DNA of 64,000 nucleotides from an uncultured Mobiluncus sp. (GCF_947254095.1 NZ_CAMYBV010000003.1:32565-96564), one strand, 5' to 3'. Positions 30,444-40,407 are shown, numbered from the stretch's first letter. Made by a program: numbers and translations. Notes: generated from the letters alone by a model not told the origin.

Positions 30444-31691
30444 TCAATACCAGCCGCGGGCACAGAATTTCGCCCAGGCGGCAGCGGGGCTACCGTAGCG
30501 ACCCTTGATGTAGCTCAAGCCCCAGCGGATTTGAGTGGCCGGGTTTGTAGCCCAGTCCGCCCCGGCGGAAGCCATCTTGCGGCCGGGATTAGCCTGCGGG
30601 ATACCGTAAGGACCGCCGCGGCGTCCGGCATTCGTGCGCCACCCGGATTCTCGGTTCCACAGGTTGACCAAAGGCTGCATCTGATCCGGTCCCCAACCGT
30701 ACTGGCCCAACATATCGTAGGCAATACCCTGCGCGGTGCCGGCACCCCACGGATTCGCCGCGCGAGCTGCGGCCTCTCGTGCCGCTTTCTCAGCTGCTGC
30801 CTGGGCAGCGGCGGCAGCGGCTTGTTCAGCCGCCTGTTGTTCACAGGTTTTCGCCGCAAAGTTGTCGGCAATAGCGCCGGTACCGCCGATAGCGGTGAGA
30901 TGTTTACCAGCCAAGGCTCCCAGCACCGCTTGGGGCGCGCAGGAAGTCTGAACCAACACTACCGAAGCTTTATTCTGCTTCGCCAAAGGCGCCAAAGTCA
31001 GGGCGTCTACCGGATTCTTGCCGTTGACCAGCAGGTAGTTTTGCGAACCCATAGCCTGAGCGGCCGCCAACGCGGTGGTGTAACGGTTATTTCCCGCTAG
31101 CCGCGCGGCGTTCTTACCGGTCAGTTGTTCAACCTGAGCTTTCGTTTGCTCACTCACGACCCCGGTTCCCCCAATAATCGTGACGCTTTGGGGATTCAAC
31201 TTCGCCAGGGCCTCCGAGCTGGATTCGCCCAACTGCTCGGGCTCCGACAGCAACAGGTTCGCTTCCAGATTCGCCGCGTAGGACGTGGCGGCCAAAATGT
31301 CTACCTGCGAATTACCGTTGGCGATAACCACGGGAGCATCCGCTTCGCCTTCCAGAGCGACCTTCGCGGCCGACTCGTAACGGTTGGCACCCCCCAGCGA
31401 GGGCGCATTCGGGCTCATGACCGCGGATTTATCATCGTTAGCGGCCTGCAGGGAACCAATGAGCCCGTCAGGCGACTTATCGCTAACTAATACAGGTTCC
31501 AGAGCTGTCGCCGCGGACACAGCTTGAGAAGTTTCATAACGATCAACACCAGCCAAACGAACGTTGGCACTGACAGTTTGATTTGTAATGGTTGCGGAAT
31601 TTTCGTCTTCCGCATTGGCAATCGGGGCAACCCCCGCTACACCGATTCCAGCGATTGCAAATGAACTTGCCATCAGTTTAGTAATACGCAT
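30444..31691 (-). CDS. Secreted putative peptidoglycan hydrolase: three N-terminal CWB2 repeats plus a C-terminal lysozyme-like/transglycosylase-like domain
   Basis: Signal peptide MRITKLMASSFAIAGIGVAGVAPIANA. Repeats LAGVDRYETSQAVSAA, LGGANRYESAAKVAL, LAGNNRYTTALAAAQ. C-terminus WNRESGWRTNAGRRGGPYGIPQANPGRKMASAGADWATNPATQIRWGLSYIKGRYGSPAAAWAKFCARGWY, matching the conserved Gram-positive transglycosylase-like domain. Confidence 0.75.
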   Translation of the reverse strand: MRITKLMASSFAIAGIGVAGVAPIANAEDENSATITNQTVSANVRLAGVDRYETSQAVSAATALEPVLVSDKSPDGLIGSLQAANDDKSAVMSPNAPSLGGANRYESAAKVALEGEADAPVVIANGNSQVDILAATSYAANLEANLLLSEPEQLGESSSEALAKLNPQSVTIIGGTGVVSEQTKAQVEQLTGKNAARLAGNNRYTTALAAAQAMGSQNYLLVNGKNPVDALTLAPLAKQNKASVVLVQTSCAPQAVLGALAGKHLTAIGGTGAIADNFAAKTCEQQAAEQAAAAAAQAAAEKAAREAAARAANPWGAGTAQGIAYDMLGQYGWGPDQMQPLVNLWNRESGWRTNAGRRGGPYGIPQANPGRKMASAGADWATNPATQIRWGLSYIKGRYGSPAAAWAKFCARGWY

Positions 31692-31978
31692 AACTCAAAT
31701 ATTCGGCCGGCTCATTTGACCCAGCCAAATGCCCTCCTCGTTTTTTCGGACGTTTCGCGACCCTTCGCCGCGACTCACCGATTATAACGGTTTGGTAACA
31801 ACCGTGTCCATTTTGGTGGTTTCAAAGGCTCTCACCTGGGGGTATGTCTTCACAAGGGCGGTTCCGCACGTCGCCGCTCCCCACCGGAAACGCCGGGGAC
31901 ACCCCTTGTGAACAGAAAAACTCAGCCCCCCGAGGAAGCACCTCGGAGGGCTGAGTGTAAGCCTCAGGGACTCAAACT

Positions 31979-32965
31979 CTAGGCTGGGGCGCCACCATTT
32001 TCCGTATCGGAATGGATGTCAATACCCCAACCGGTCAGGCGCGAAGCCAGGCGAGCGTTTTGGCCCTCCTTGCCGATAGCCAGGGACTGCTGGAAGTCCG
32101 GGACCACCACTCGCGCCAACCGTTTGGCCTCGTCAATGACCCGCACCGAAATGACTTTCGCGGGGCTCAACGCATTGGCCACGTAAACCGTCGGATCTTC
32201 GGCCCAATCGACGATGTCGATTTTTTCTCCGTTCAACTCGTTCATGACCGCCCGGACCCGAGAACCGTTCGGACCGATGCACGCCCCCTTGGCGTTGATG
32301 CCTTTCTCGGTCGCCCGCACGGCAATCTTGGTGCGGTGCCCCGGCTCGCGAGCCACGGACTCGATGACGACTTCTTCCTTTTCGATCTCAGGAACTTCGC
32401 GCCTAAACAAGCCCTGCACCAAGCCGGGATGGGTGCGGGACAGTTCGATATGCGGGCCTTTCAAGCCGCGCGATGCCGCCAAAACATACATCCGCAGCCG
32501 CACTCCGTGCTGATATTTTTCGCCGGGAACCTGTTCCGCGGGCGGAATGATGCCTTCCACATCCCCCAGATTCACGGTCACCAGCTTCGGATCGCGTCCG
32601 GAAGTCACCACTCCGGAAACGACTTGCCCAACGCGTTCCTTAAAATCACCGAGGACAGCTTTATCTTCTTCCTCCTGGAAACGTTGAATAATCACGGATT
32701 TCACCGTGGCAGCGGCGGTGCGCCCAAAATCTTTGGGAGTAATCTCGGACTCGCCCAGCTCATTGCCGTCCTCGTCCAGCTCCTTGACCAAAACCCGCAC
32801 CTCGCCGGTCTTGCGATCAACCTCAACCCGTGAATGTTCCTTTTCGGCACCCGGCTGATTGCGGTATGCCTTCAAAAGCGCTTGCTCGACCGTGTCGATA
32901 AGCGAGTTCATATCCATGCCTTTTTCGGCTTCCACCAGGCGCAATGCAGACATGTCAATTTGCAT
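31979..32965 (-). CDS. nusA: Transcription termination/antitermination factor NusA
   Basis: MQIDMSALRLVEAEKGMDMNSLIDTVEQALLKAY..., S1 domain and two KH domains. Confidence 0.93.
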   Translation of the reverse strand: MQIDMSALRLVEAEKGMDMNSLIDTVEQALLKAYRNQPGAEKEHSRVEVDRKTGEVRVLVKELDEDGNELGESEITPKDFGRTAAATVKSVIIQRFQEEEDKAVLGDFKERVGQVVSGVVTSGRDPKLVTVNLGDVEGIIPPAEQVPGEKYQHGVRLRMYVLAASRGLKGPHIELSRTHPGLVQGLFRREVPEIEKEEVVIESVAREPGHRTKIAVRATEKGINAKGACIGPNGSRVRAVMNELNGEKIDIVDWAEDPTVYVANALSPAKVISVRVIDEAKRLARVVVPDFQQSLAIGKEGQNARLASRLTGWGIDIHSDTENGGAPA

Positions 32966-32988
32966 AATTCCTCCGTATTGATTTGTCG

Positions 32989-33516
32989 CTATTTATTTTT
33001 TCGTCCGTTGTGCTGGGACCCCCGAGGCTTCCCAAACAAGATGACGGTACGTACCGATTCTATGTCTTCAAAAGGAAAAACCGTAACGTCTCCGTCATCA
33101 TTTACGCTCAGCCCGGTTTCCGTAACCTCAGTCAAGATTCCGGTGCGAACCTGCCCGTCGATACGCACTTCCACGTCTTTACCCAAGGCGCGGCGCGCCA
33201 GCCGCAGGTTCGTCAACTCGTGTTCAGCCCCGAGCGTGGAAATCTCAAGGGTATATGCACCCGGCACCGGATCGCTTGCGTCCAGGGCAGCGCCGATGGC
33301 GCGGCTGACTTCCTCTAGCTGGGCGCTGCCCAAATCGGCGTCACCGTCGGGTAAATCCAAACTCAGCGCCACGACCCGCTGATGTTTCGGGCCGGTGACG
33401 GCAATTTTTTCCAGATACAGTCCGGCTGCGTCCACCACCGGGCTGACGACCTGAATAATCGCGGCGACACCGGGGTCTGCCGACGTATGCGGTTGTGCCT
33501 GTGCTTTTATCTGCAA
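32989..33516 (-). CDS. rimP: Ribosome maturation factor RimP
   Basis: VAAIIQVVSPVVDAAGLYLEKIAVTGPKHQRVVALSLD... Directly upstream of nusA as in all bacteria. Confidence 0.9.
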   Translation of the reverse strand: MQIKAQAQPHTSADPGVAAIIQVVSPVVDAAGLYLEKIAVTGPKHQRVVALSLDLPDGDADLGSAQLEEVSRAIGAALDASDPVPGAYTLEISTLGAEHELTNLRLARRALGKDVEVRIDGQVRTGILTEVTETGLSVNDDGDVTVFPFEDIESVRTVILFGKPRGSQHNGRKNK

Positions 33517-33590
33517 TAGTCTCCCCTTTTTTCGTTCCCTCAGGGTTGCCTGAGCGCGTGAATGGGATGGGGTTGTGAAACAATGGTTCT

Positions 33591-34616
33591 ATGTTTTTAC
33601 CCCCGTCCCGTTTCCTGAAACTAAGTCTATGGCTTATGGCGGGTGTTGCGCTGGCTGGGTGCGGGCTGCGCATCGATACTCCCCCCGACGCCCTGCCGGA
33701 ACTGGATGCCGGACAAGCCGGGATTTCCGCCGTTTCCCGCGCGGAAGCAGCCATCAACGCCGGCAGTGAAAAGATGGCTGACGATGCCTCGCTAGCCCCC
33801 GGGGTGCGGGCCACAATCGGGACGGTACGCGACCTGTCAGCGACCCGTCTAGCGGCCCTGGGCGGGGTCTGGCAACCGTGGCCGCAGGGCACACCCGAGG
33901 GAGCCGACCCCGGACCGCAACCTTCCCCGACTCCGGACAGCGTGGCGGACTTGCTGCAGCTCCTGGTGGATACAGCGGCTACGTCCTGCCAGGCGGGGGC
34001 CCGTGCCCCCCAAGCTAACGACGCGCAACTCCTCACGGCCTTGTGCGCCGCCCAACAACTTGACGCCTCTCACGTGGCGGGGGCCGCGGGCAGCAAGCTC
34101 CCCGAGCCAAAGGTGCCGGTGGACGAACCGGCAGGCACGAATCCGGAAGGCCCCACCGCACCGCTGACTGAACGGAAAAACCTGCAGAAACTTAAAGAGG
34201 CTCAGACCGCCCTGGATTTTGCCCGTTTCCGTATGGACGTGGCGGCGGCGCACCTCAGCGGGGATGACCGGCAGTGGGCTTTGCAAAGGGCGGATTCCCT
34301 GGCTTGGGACGTACAGTCGCTGGTGGACGGGGGCGTCGAGGACGTGCGTGCTGGCCAATACGCTTTGGATTTTTCCCAGATTAAGACAGCTCCGGACGCG
34401 ATCCGCCTCATCAATCAGGCTGATGCCGACGCGTTCGCGGCTCACCTAGAGATTATCGGAATGATTTCGCCCGCCGGCGCAGCGCCGCAGAAATCGCCAG
34501 ACCCAACCCTCTCGGCGCGGCGTCAACACTGGATTAGTGCGGCGAAAGGCGATGTCGCGTCGCAGAACCGTTTCGGTGTTCCTCCTTCCCAGATTTTCGT
34601 GCAGCTATGGCCCTAA
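33591..34616 (+). CDS. Ala-rich lipoprotein of unknown function (possibly a ferritin-like DUF-type domain)
   Basis: Lipobox LAGC after the signal peptide MFLPPSRFLKLSLWLMAGVALAGC. Coherent codon usage on the plus strand. The minus-strand ORFs overlapping it look like GC-frame artefacts. Confidence 0.65.
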   Translation: MFLPPSRFLKLSLWLMAGVALAGCGLRIDTPPDALPELDAGQAGISAVSRAEAAINAGSEKMADDASLAPGVRATIGTVRDLSATRLAALGGVWQPWPQGTPEGADPGPQPSPTPDSVADLLQLLVDTAATSCQAGARAPQANDAQLLTALCAAQQLDASHVAGAAGSKLPEPKVPVDEPAGTNPEGPTAPLTERKNLQKLKEAQTALDFARFRMDVAAAHLSGDDRQWALQRADSLAWDVQSLVDGGVEDVRAGQYALDFSQIKTAPDAIRLINQADADAFAAHLEIIGMISPAGAAPQKSPDPTLSARRQHWISAAKGDVASQNRFGVPPSQIFVQLWP

Positions 34617-34805
34617 CCAGCGCAAAAGGGCGTTACGGTCGGTTTGCCCGCCCTAGTGAGGCACAGCGCGTTTTGTACCGGCCACATCTAAAGAAAAGTT
34701 AAACGTTTTACAAATACCGAGGCAAGAGATTGGAAAACTGCCCCGTTTATAGCACAATATCTTCACACCCGTTAGGATTTTCTGAGTTCCGAGAGGCTAT
34801 TTCCG

Positions 34806-35279
34806 TTGGCTCACACCGATTACCAAGACACGCCGGACGCCACGCCCGAAGAAATCTGGGACGACTTCTTTAAGTTCTCCCAGATGCTCAACCTCGAGAT
34901 TGACTGTGCCCTAAAGGAAGAGTGCGGCTTCGACCTGCCACAATATTCAATTTTGACGGCATTAGCCAACGCTCCAGAAAAGAAGCTGCAGCTCGGGGAA
35001 CTCGCCAGACAAACGGTGTTTTCACCCTCTCGATTGAACTATCGCCTCGGTGAGATGGAGAAAAAGGGCTGGCTGAATCGACTGTGCCAAGGTGCGGATA
35101 AACGCACTCGCAATGCCTGCCTGTCGACCAAAGGGCTGAACGCTTACGAAGCTGCGGCGAAAGTACAGATGAAAGCCGTGCGCGAACTGTTCGCCGGTCG
35201 GGTCTCGCAACCGGATCTAAACGCGATGCGCCGCGTGCTGTCCAGTATGCGTACCCACCTGGAAAAACCGGAATTCTAG
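34806..35279 (+). CDS. MarR family transcriptional regulator
   Basis: Winged-helix segment DLPQYSILTALANAPEKKLQLGELARQTVFSPSRLNYRLGEMEKKGWLNRL. The TTG start is uncertain. Confidence 0.85.
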   Translation: MAHTDYQDTPDATPEEIWDDFFKFSQMLNLEIDCALKEECGFDLPQYSILTALANAPEKKLQLGELARQTVFSPSRLNYRLGEMEKKGWLNRLCQGADKRTRNACLSTKGLNAYEAAAKVQMKAVRELFAGRVSQPDLNAMRRVLSSMRTHLEKPEF

Positions 35280-35397
35280 AGACCGCAATCGCCTCAGGGA
35301 CGCCTCGGGGTTTTTTCAGGGTAAACCCCCATAGCTTGTTAGTTTCGGGCTGGCTACGCTGGATTTCAGTTAAGAACTCTAGCGAAAGGTGATCAAT

Positions 35398-36243
35398 ATG
35401 TCCTCCCCGAATAGTCCCGCCGCACCCGACGAAACGCCGTTTGCTCCTTTGACGTCTCCAGAGGGGTCAGCTTCTGCCGACCCCGAAACGTCCCCCTCCC
35501 CCCTTGTGACCAATGCAGAGACAAACCTACCGACTGTCCCGGTAGCCGAGCTGCGAGATGTCACCAAGGTTTACGGGGAAAAAGGCACGCGCGTCGAGGC
35601 TCTGCGCGGAGTTAACGTCGATATCAACGCCCGCGAATTCACGGTCATCATGGGCCCCTCCGGTTCCGGTAAATCCACGTTGCTGCACGTCCTAGCCGGT
35701 TTGGACGCGGTCACTTCCGGTTCCATCACGGTCAACCGTATGGACATTACAAAGCTGAAGGACAAGCCGCTGACTCTGTGGCGCCGCGACAACGTAGGGT
35801 TCGTGTTCCAGTCGTTTAACCTGGTTCCCACCTTGAGCGCGGGGGCCAACATCGAACTGCCGCTGCGCCTGGCGAATAAACCGATAGATCGGCACTGGTT
35901 CGACCAAATCGTCACCGGGCTGGACCTCACGACCCGACTGAACCACAAGCCCTACGAGCTGTCCGGCGGGCAGATGCAGCGCGTCGCGGTCGCCCGCGCC
36001 CTGCTGTCCCGCCCCGCCATGCTGGTCGCTGACGAGCCGACCGGAAACCTGGACACGGCGTCTTCTGCAGAAGTCCTGAACCTGCTGCGCGCCGCGGTCG
36101 ATAACTTCGGGCAAACCGTGGTGATGGTCACCCACGACCAGCACGCCGCCACGACCGGGGACCGGGTCTTGATTGTCCGTGACGGGATGATTGTGCATGA
36201 TTTGCATCACCCCGAACCTGCAGACATCGCGAAGGTGGCGTGA
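35398..36243 (+). CDS. ABC transporter ATP-binding protein (MacB/FtsE-like)
   Basis: Walker A GPSGSGKSTLL. Signature LSGGQMQRVAVARAL. Walker B MLVADEPTGNLD. AAAGGTGA RBS before the ATG at 35398. Confidence 0.9.
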   Translation: MSSPNSPAAPDETPFAPLTSPEGSASADPETSPSPLVTNAETNLPTVPVAELRDVTKVYGEKGTRVEALRGVNVDINAREFTVIMGPSGSGKSTLLHVLAGLDAVTSGSITVNRMDITKLKDKPLTLWRRDNVGFVFQSFNLVPTLSAGANIELPLRLANKPIDRHWFDQIVTGLDLTTRLNHKPYELSGGQMQRVAVARALLSRPAMLVADEPTGNLDTASSAEVLNLLRAAVDNFGQTVVMVTHDQHAATTGDRVLIVRDGMIVHDLHHPEPADIAKVA

Positions 36244-36246
36244 GAG

Positions 36247-38961
36247 ATGAAAGGAATTCTGCGCGCAGATTTGCGCAAAAACGTGAAAAGCTACACCGCT
36301 ACCGCCTTGGCGATTGCCCTAGCGGTAGCGTTCCTGCTGACCTGCCTTGGGTTGACCGCCGGGCTCAAGACGACTTTGGCTCGCAACCTTACGGAGGAAG
36401 CTGCCGGCGCTGACCTGATTGTCACGGCTCCCAACGGGGTTCCCTACGACGGTGAGGGACCCGAACCGGACTACCTGCAAAAGGTCGCGGACCAAGCCCA
36501 TAAGGCCCACCCGGAGTGGAAAATCCTGACCCGCACGTCCATGAGCGTGGATTTGTCCGCAAATCGCAAAACCGTGTCTGCCTCGGTATTGGGGCTGGGC
36601 AATCCCGTGTTCGACCCCAGTTCGGTCGTTGAGGGAAAGCGCCCCAGCTCTGAAACTGAAATCGGTATCGAGCAGTCCAACGCCAAGACCCTCGGGGTCA
36701 AAGTCGGGGACACCCTCAACGCAGGAATCTACGATCCTGCCACCGATGACACCAAGACGGTGCCACTCAAGGTCAGCGGTATCTATAAAGCCCGCCCCGG
36801 CGCGTTCCCCACCAGCTACGTTACCGATTCCCTGGTGAAAGCCTGGGCTGGGGACGATTATTTGGCTGACATCTTGCTGGTTTCGGGGGTCGGCTCCACA
36901 CACCTGGACACAGCCAAAGCCGAACTGAAAGAGTTGATTTCCCACATTCCTGACGCAGATTACTATGAGGTGTTCACTGCAGATCAATACTTGGATCGAG
37001 CCGTGGATACCATGATGGGCGGACAGGACGTCCTGCTCGTGTTGGCCTTGGTGTTCCCGCTCATCGCCGGCGTTACTGCCATTATTGTCGTGTCGGTGAC
37101 CTACAACGTACTGTTTGCCCGCCGGCGGCGCCAACTGGCTCTGTTGCGGGCGGTCGGTGCTACCTCCGGTCAGCTCCGTTCCCTGGTGGCCCGCGAGACG
37201 TTACTGGTAGGCGCCGTTTCTGCGATGATTGGAGTATTGGCGGGCGTGATTTTTTCGGCCATAGCGTGCCGGATTGCCAACCTCGCCGATACTTGGGGCC
37301 AGGCTTTCACCGTTTTGAACTGGCAAAGCCTGCTGGCGGGATTCCTCTGTGGTACCATGATTTCTTTCCTGGCCGGATTTGCCCCGTCTCGCCGGGTCGC
37401 CCAGGTCACCCCGATTGAGGCTCTGGCGACGGAGGACAAGCTCAGTCGGCGGCGCAAGCATCGGACGGTTCGCGCCATTTTTGGTTCCATTCTGTTCTTT
37501 GGCGGCACCGCCACCATGGTCTACGCCACCGTACAAAACCATCAGTTGATGACGAGCGTCTCAGAGCAGGGAGACATGGATACCTACACCTCCAACTTCT
37601 TCCTGACAGCTATGTTTGCCGGAATGATTTCCTTCCTGGGGCTGGTCCTGCTGACTTCCATCGTTTTGCCCTACGTAACTTCCGCTTTGGGCGTTTTCAG
37701 TTCCCCCGCGGCGGTGACGTGGCGTTTGGCGGCGGAGAATACGGGGCGTAACCCGCGGCGTACCGGAGCTACCGGCGCGGCCTTGACCTTAGGTATTACC
37801 TTGATGGTACTGCTGCTGGTCGGGGCGGCCTCGGTAGACGCTACCGGCAAAAAAGTCATCGACGAACATACTCCGGTAGACCTGCAGCTCGTTTCGGAGG
37901 ACGAACCGCTGAGCCAATCCACCATCGCCAACGTGAAATCCACTTCCGGTTTGGAACACACCATCGCCGTAAATGGGCTGCTGGGCAGCGCTGTTCCCTG
38001 GGGCGAGTACGAAAAAACCCGGCAATTATTGTCTCAGCCGGAAAAACTGACCCAAGACGAAAACGGCGGCTGTATCGTTGCCGCAACGAACGAGCCTTGT
38101 GACCCCGACGCGTATACTCAGGAAATGCTGTTGGAATCTAAAGATTTCTCGGCCATTTCGCACAGCCGCATTCCCGTGATTACGCCCGGCCACGTGGGAA
38201 TCCCGCAGTTGAGCGATGAGGAAGTAGGCAAGCCTTATGCCGTCCGTAGCGGGGATAAGGTGCTGAAACTCACGGCTGAGAAAACTCGCCTAAATTTCGT
38301 GTCCGTGAACCCTCAGGATTTGGCTGGCCTGGCCAGTTCCACCCAGGTGGTCCGTCCCGCACAAACCGATGCTGACCAGGAACTTGAGCGTAATGCCACG
38401 GTGCTGGCGCCTCGTGTTCTGCTGATGCGGATTTCCCCGGATTGCAGCTTTTCTGACATTGAGCAGCTCGCTTCGGATATTCCGGCCGCCTCCGAGCAGG
38501 ACGCCTACATCAATGGTTCCGCACCCGACCGAGCCATGTTTACCCAGATAGCACAAGGGTTGATGTGGGGTGCTTTCGCGATGCTGGGAGTATCCGTGTT
38601 GGTTGCGCTGGTTGGGGTGGCGAACACTTTGGCTCTCTCGGTGATGGAACGCCGGCGGGAAAATGGAATGCTGCGCGCTCTAGGCATGACGAAAGGACGT
38701 TTGCAAGGAATGCTCGCCATCGAAGCACTGTTGACGGCCCTCGGGGCCCTGGTCGTAGGCGTATTAGCCGGTCTGGGTTACGCGATAGCCGGCATCAATG
38801 CCCTGCCGGTGACGGAACTCGCCTCCGCACAAATCATTGTGGTACCCCCGTTAGCTATCGCGGCTGCGGCGCTGACCATCGTGGTGGCGCTGTTGGCTTC
38901 GATTGGCCCGGCGCGGGCAGCAGCGCGGGTCACGCCAGTGGAGGCGCTGGCTCACGACTGA
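36247..38961 (+). CDS. ABC transporter permease of FtsX/MacB type with two FtsX modules and large extracytoplasmic domains
   Basis: 904 aa. Two sets of FtsX-like 4-TM bundles (e.g. LVLALVFPLIAGVTAIIVVSV..., ALVGVANTLALSVMERRRENGMLRALGMT). Starts 4 nt after the ATPase gene. Confidence 0.9.
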   Translation: MKGILRADLRKNVKSYTATALAIALAVAFLLTCLGLTAGLKTTLARNLTEEAAGADLIVTAPNGVPYDGEGPEPDYLQKVADQAHKAHPEWKILTRTSMSVDLSANRKTVSASVLGLGNPVFDPSSVVEGKRPSSETEIGIEQSNAKTLGVKVGDTLNAGIYDPATDDTKTVPLKVSGIYKARPGAFPTSYVTDSLVKAWAGDDYLADILLVSGVGSTHLDTAKAELKELISHIPDADYYEVFTADQYLDRAVDTMMGGQDVLLVLALVFPLIAGVTAIIVVSVTYNVLFARRRRQLALLRAVGATSGQLRSLVARETLLVGAVSAMIGVLAGVIFSAIACRIANLADTWGQAFTVLNWQSLLAGFLCGTMISFLAGFAPSRRVAQVTPIEALATEDKLSRRRKHRTVRAIFGSILFFGGTATMVYATVQNHQLMTSVSEQGDMDTYTSNFFLTAMFAGMISFLGLVLLTSIVLPYVTSALGVFSSPAAVTWRLAAENTGRNPRRTGATGAALTLGITLMVLLLVGAASVDATGKKVIDEHTPVDLQLVSEDEPLSQSTIANVKSTSGLEHTIAVNGLLGSAVPWGEYEKTRQLLSQPEKLTQDENGGCIVAATNEPCDPDAYTQEMLLESKDFSAISHSRIPVITPGHVGIPQLSDEEVGKPYAVRSGDKVLKLTAEKTRLNFVSVNPQDLAGLASSTQVVRPAQTDADQELERNATVLAPRVLLMRISPDCSFSDIEQLASDIPAASEQDAYINGSAPDRAMFTQIAQGLMWGAFAMLGVSVLVALVGVANTLALSVMERRRENGMLRALGMTKGRLQGMLAIEALLTALGALVVGVLAGLGYAIAGINALPVTELASAQIIVVPPLAIAAAALTIVVALLASIGPARAAARVTPVEALAHD

Positions 38962-38973
38962 GTAGGCGGGCGG

Positions 38974-39519
38974 CTAGCCGAAGCTGGACTTCAGCGAAGC
39001 CGCTCCGGTAGCGGTGAGTTCGACCTGGGTCAGGGGACTGATGAGTGGGAGCACCAGAGGAATTTTCCCGGTCGCCCGCAAAGTCACCTGCACCCGGGTC
39101 GAAGCCACATCTACGTCAACCAAGTCAATTCCCAACAGGCCAGAGTTCGCGCCTATTGCCGCCCCTGATAGGTATTCAGCAGCGCGTTCTGAGGCGTGAT
39201 AGGGTTCGATTTTCAGGGGGACGCCGTCCACGATGCCATCTTGGTAATAGGCCGTATCCGCCATATTTGCCGCCGACATAGAGGCGGTTTGATCCGCCAA
39301 GCGCTGCAGGCGCCGCTGTTCCAGATACACCCCGGAGACCGCCATACTCATCAGGATAATCACACAAAGCAGCACACAAGCGGCGAGTCCCAACAGCATG
39401 ATGCGACCGTCCTCGTCACCGAGACGGTCGAAGCGGGCGACAAACCGATGTGACGACGCACCGCCCTTGTGCCATTTCCTAAGCCCCATGCTCGCCCCAC
39501 TGAATCGGGTGCTCCGCAC
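38974..39519 (-). CDS. Tad-locus TadE/Rv3654c-like membrane-anchored protein
   Basis: Single N-terminal transmembrane segment (IMLLGLAACVLLCVIILMSMAVSGVY). Last gene of the Flp-pilus cluster. Confidence 0.55.
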   Translation of the reverse strand: MRSTRFSGASMGLRKWHKGGASSHRFVARFDRLGDEDGRIMLLGLAACVLLCVIILMSMAVSGVYLEQRRLQRLADQTASMSAANMADTAYYQDGIVDGVPLKIEPYHASERAAEYLSGAAIGANSGLLGIDLVDVDVASTRVQVTLRATGKIPLVLPLISPLTQVELTATGAASLKSSFG

Positions 39520-39943
39520 TCAGCGGCAACGAGGCAGGAAAGGAACCCTGCAGCATGGTTCCCACCAGCGGCAGGGGAACTTGCAGATTAACACGGACGA
39601 TACCGCGCGAACCCGGCGCGGGACACAATCCGGTCACGCAATCCAGAGAGTAGCGCGCCTGTCCCGCCGGTAAACCCTGGTCAGCGGCCGCTAGCTGCAC
39701 CGCCAAGCTGGCCGAACTGACCCCCGTTTCGGGGTGTAGCGTGAGGATACGCGCCGCCCCGGCCGCCCCCGCCTCCGCTGCGTACAGGCCGGATTGAACT
39801 TGAAAGAAAGCCAAAATCAGGTACACCAGCGGAATCAAAAGCATCATGGTGATACCCACAAACTCCAACGTGGCCTCCCCGGACTCTTCCCGAGCCAAGC
39901 GGGAAACGAACCTCGGCCACTTCCGGTTGCACGGGCGCTTCAC
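39479..39943 (-). CDS. TadE-like pilus assembly protein
   Basis: TadE N-terminus GEATLEFVGITMMLLIPLVYLILAFFQVQ. Confidence 0.6.
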   Translation of the reverse strand: MKRPCNRKWPRFVSRLAREESGEATLEFVGITMMLLIPLVYLILAFFQVQSGLYAAEAGAAGAARILTLHPETGVSSASLAVQLAAADQGLPAGQARYSLDCVTGLCPAPGSRGIVRVNLQVPLPLVGTMLQGSFPASLPLSAEHPIQWGEHGA

Positions 39944-40407
39944 GGCCCCTCCTCTATCACCGCGTGACCCACCGCGGTCAAGTCCCCCACCCCAAACAGG
40001 CCGATAACCGGCATAGGGGCTTTCACCTGCACTTCCATCACTTCCAGGTCCGAGGTGGAATAGGAACCTTGCAGCGTAGCTACGGTGACACGCTCGGCGC
40101 TGACCGTATGCACATAGCCGGGGCCCAGAGTCGAGGCGAGGGCAGCGCGCACGGTGTCATCGGCGGCACTCGTGGGCGCACCCGACAGCGCTGCGGCGTG
40201 TGCCCCCGCCCCGGCCGCGTCAATCAAAGTCGTGTGGACCCACAGCGCCAGCGACAGCTGCAGCAATCCCAGCACCAGAATCAGCACCAGCGGCATGACG
40301 AGGGCGAAACTGGCCGGTTCCGAGCCGGATTCCCCCCACCAGCGCTGTCGGGCGCGCCGAGCCAGAGACTCACGGCACTCACAGGGTCGAGACATGGGCG
40401 ATGGCAT
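39940..40407 (-). CDS. TadE-like pilus assembly protein
   Basis: PASFALVMPLVLILVLGLLQLSLALWVHT (TadE domain). The 5' end overlaps the flp-like ORF, so the true start is probably internal. Confidence 0.6.
   Translation of the reverse strand: MPSPMSRPCECRESLARRARQRWWGESGSEPASFALVMPLVLILVLGLLQLSLALWVHTTLIDAAGAGAHAAALSGAPTSAADDTVRAALASTLGPGYVHTVSAERVTVATLQGSYSTSDLEVMEVQVKAPMPVIGLFGVGDLTAVGHAVIEEGP

Noticed and set aside
29992-30498. 168-aa plus-strand ORF covering the infB leader
   Set aside because: It spans the infB start, a promoter-like element and the hydrolase stop. No conserved features. Three-frame reading of the minus strand also finds no YlxR-like ORF here.
33341-34445. Minus-strand ORFs (231 aa and 198 aa) overlapping the lipoprotein gene
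   Set aside because: Arg/Gly/Pro-rich translations. The plus-strand lipoprotein has a lipobox, a signal peptide and coherent amphipathic helices.
36319-37134. 271-aa minus-strand ORF inside the ABC permease gene
   Set aside because: Antisense to FtsX transmembrane regions. No motifs.
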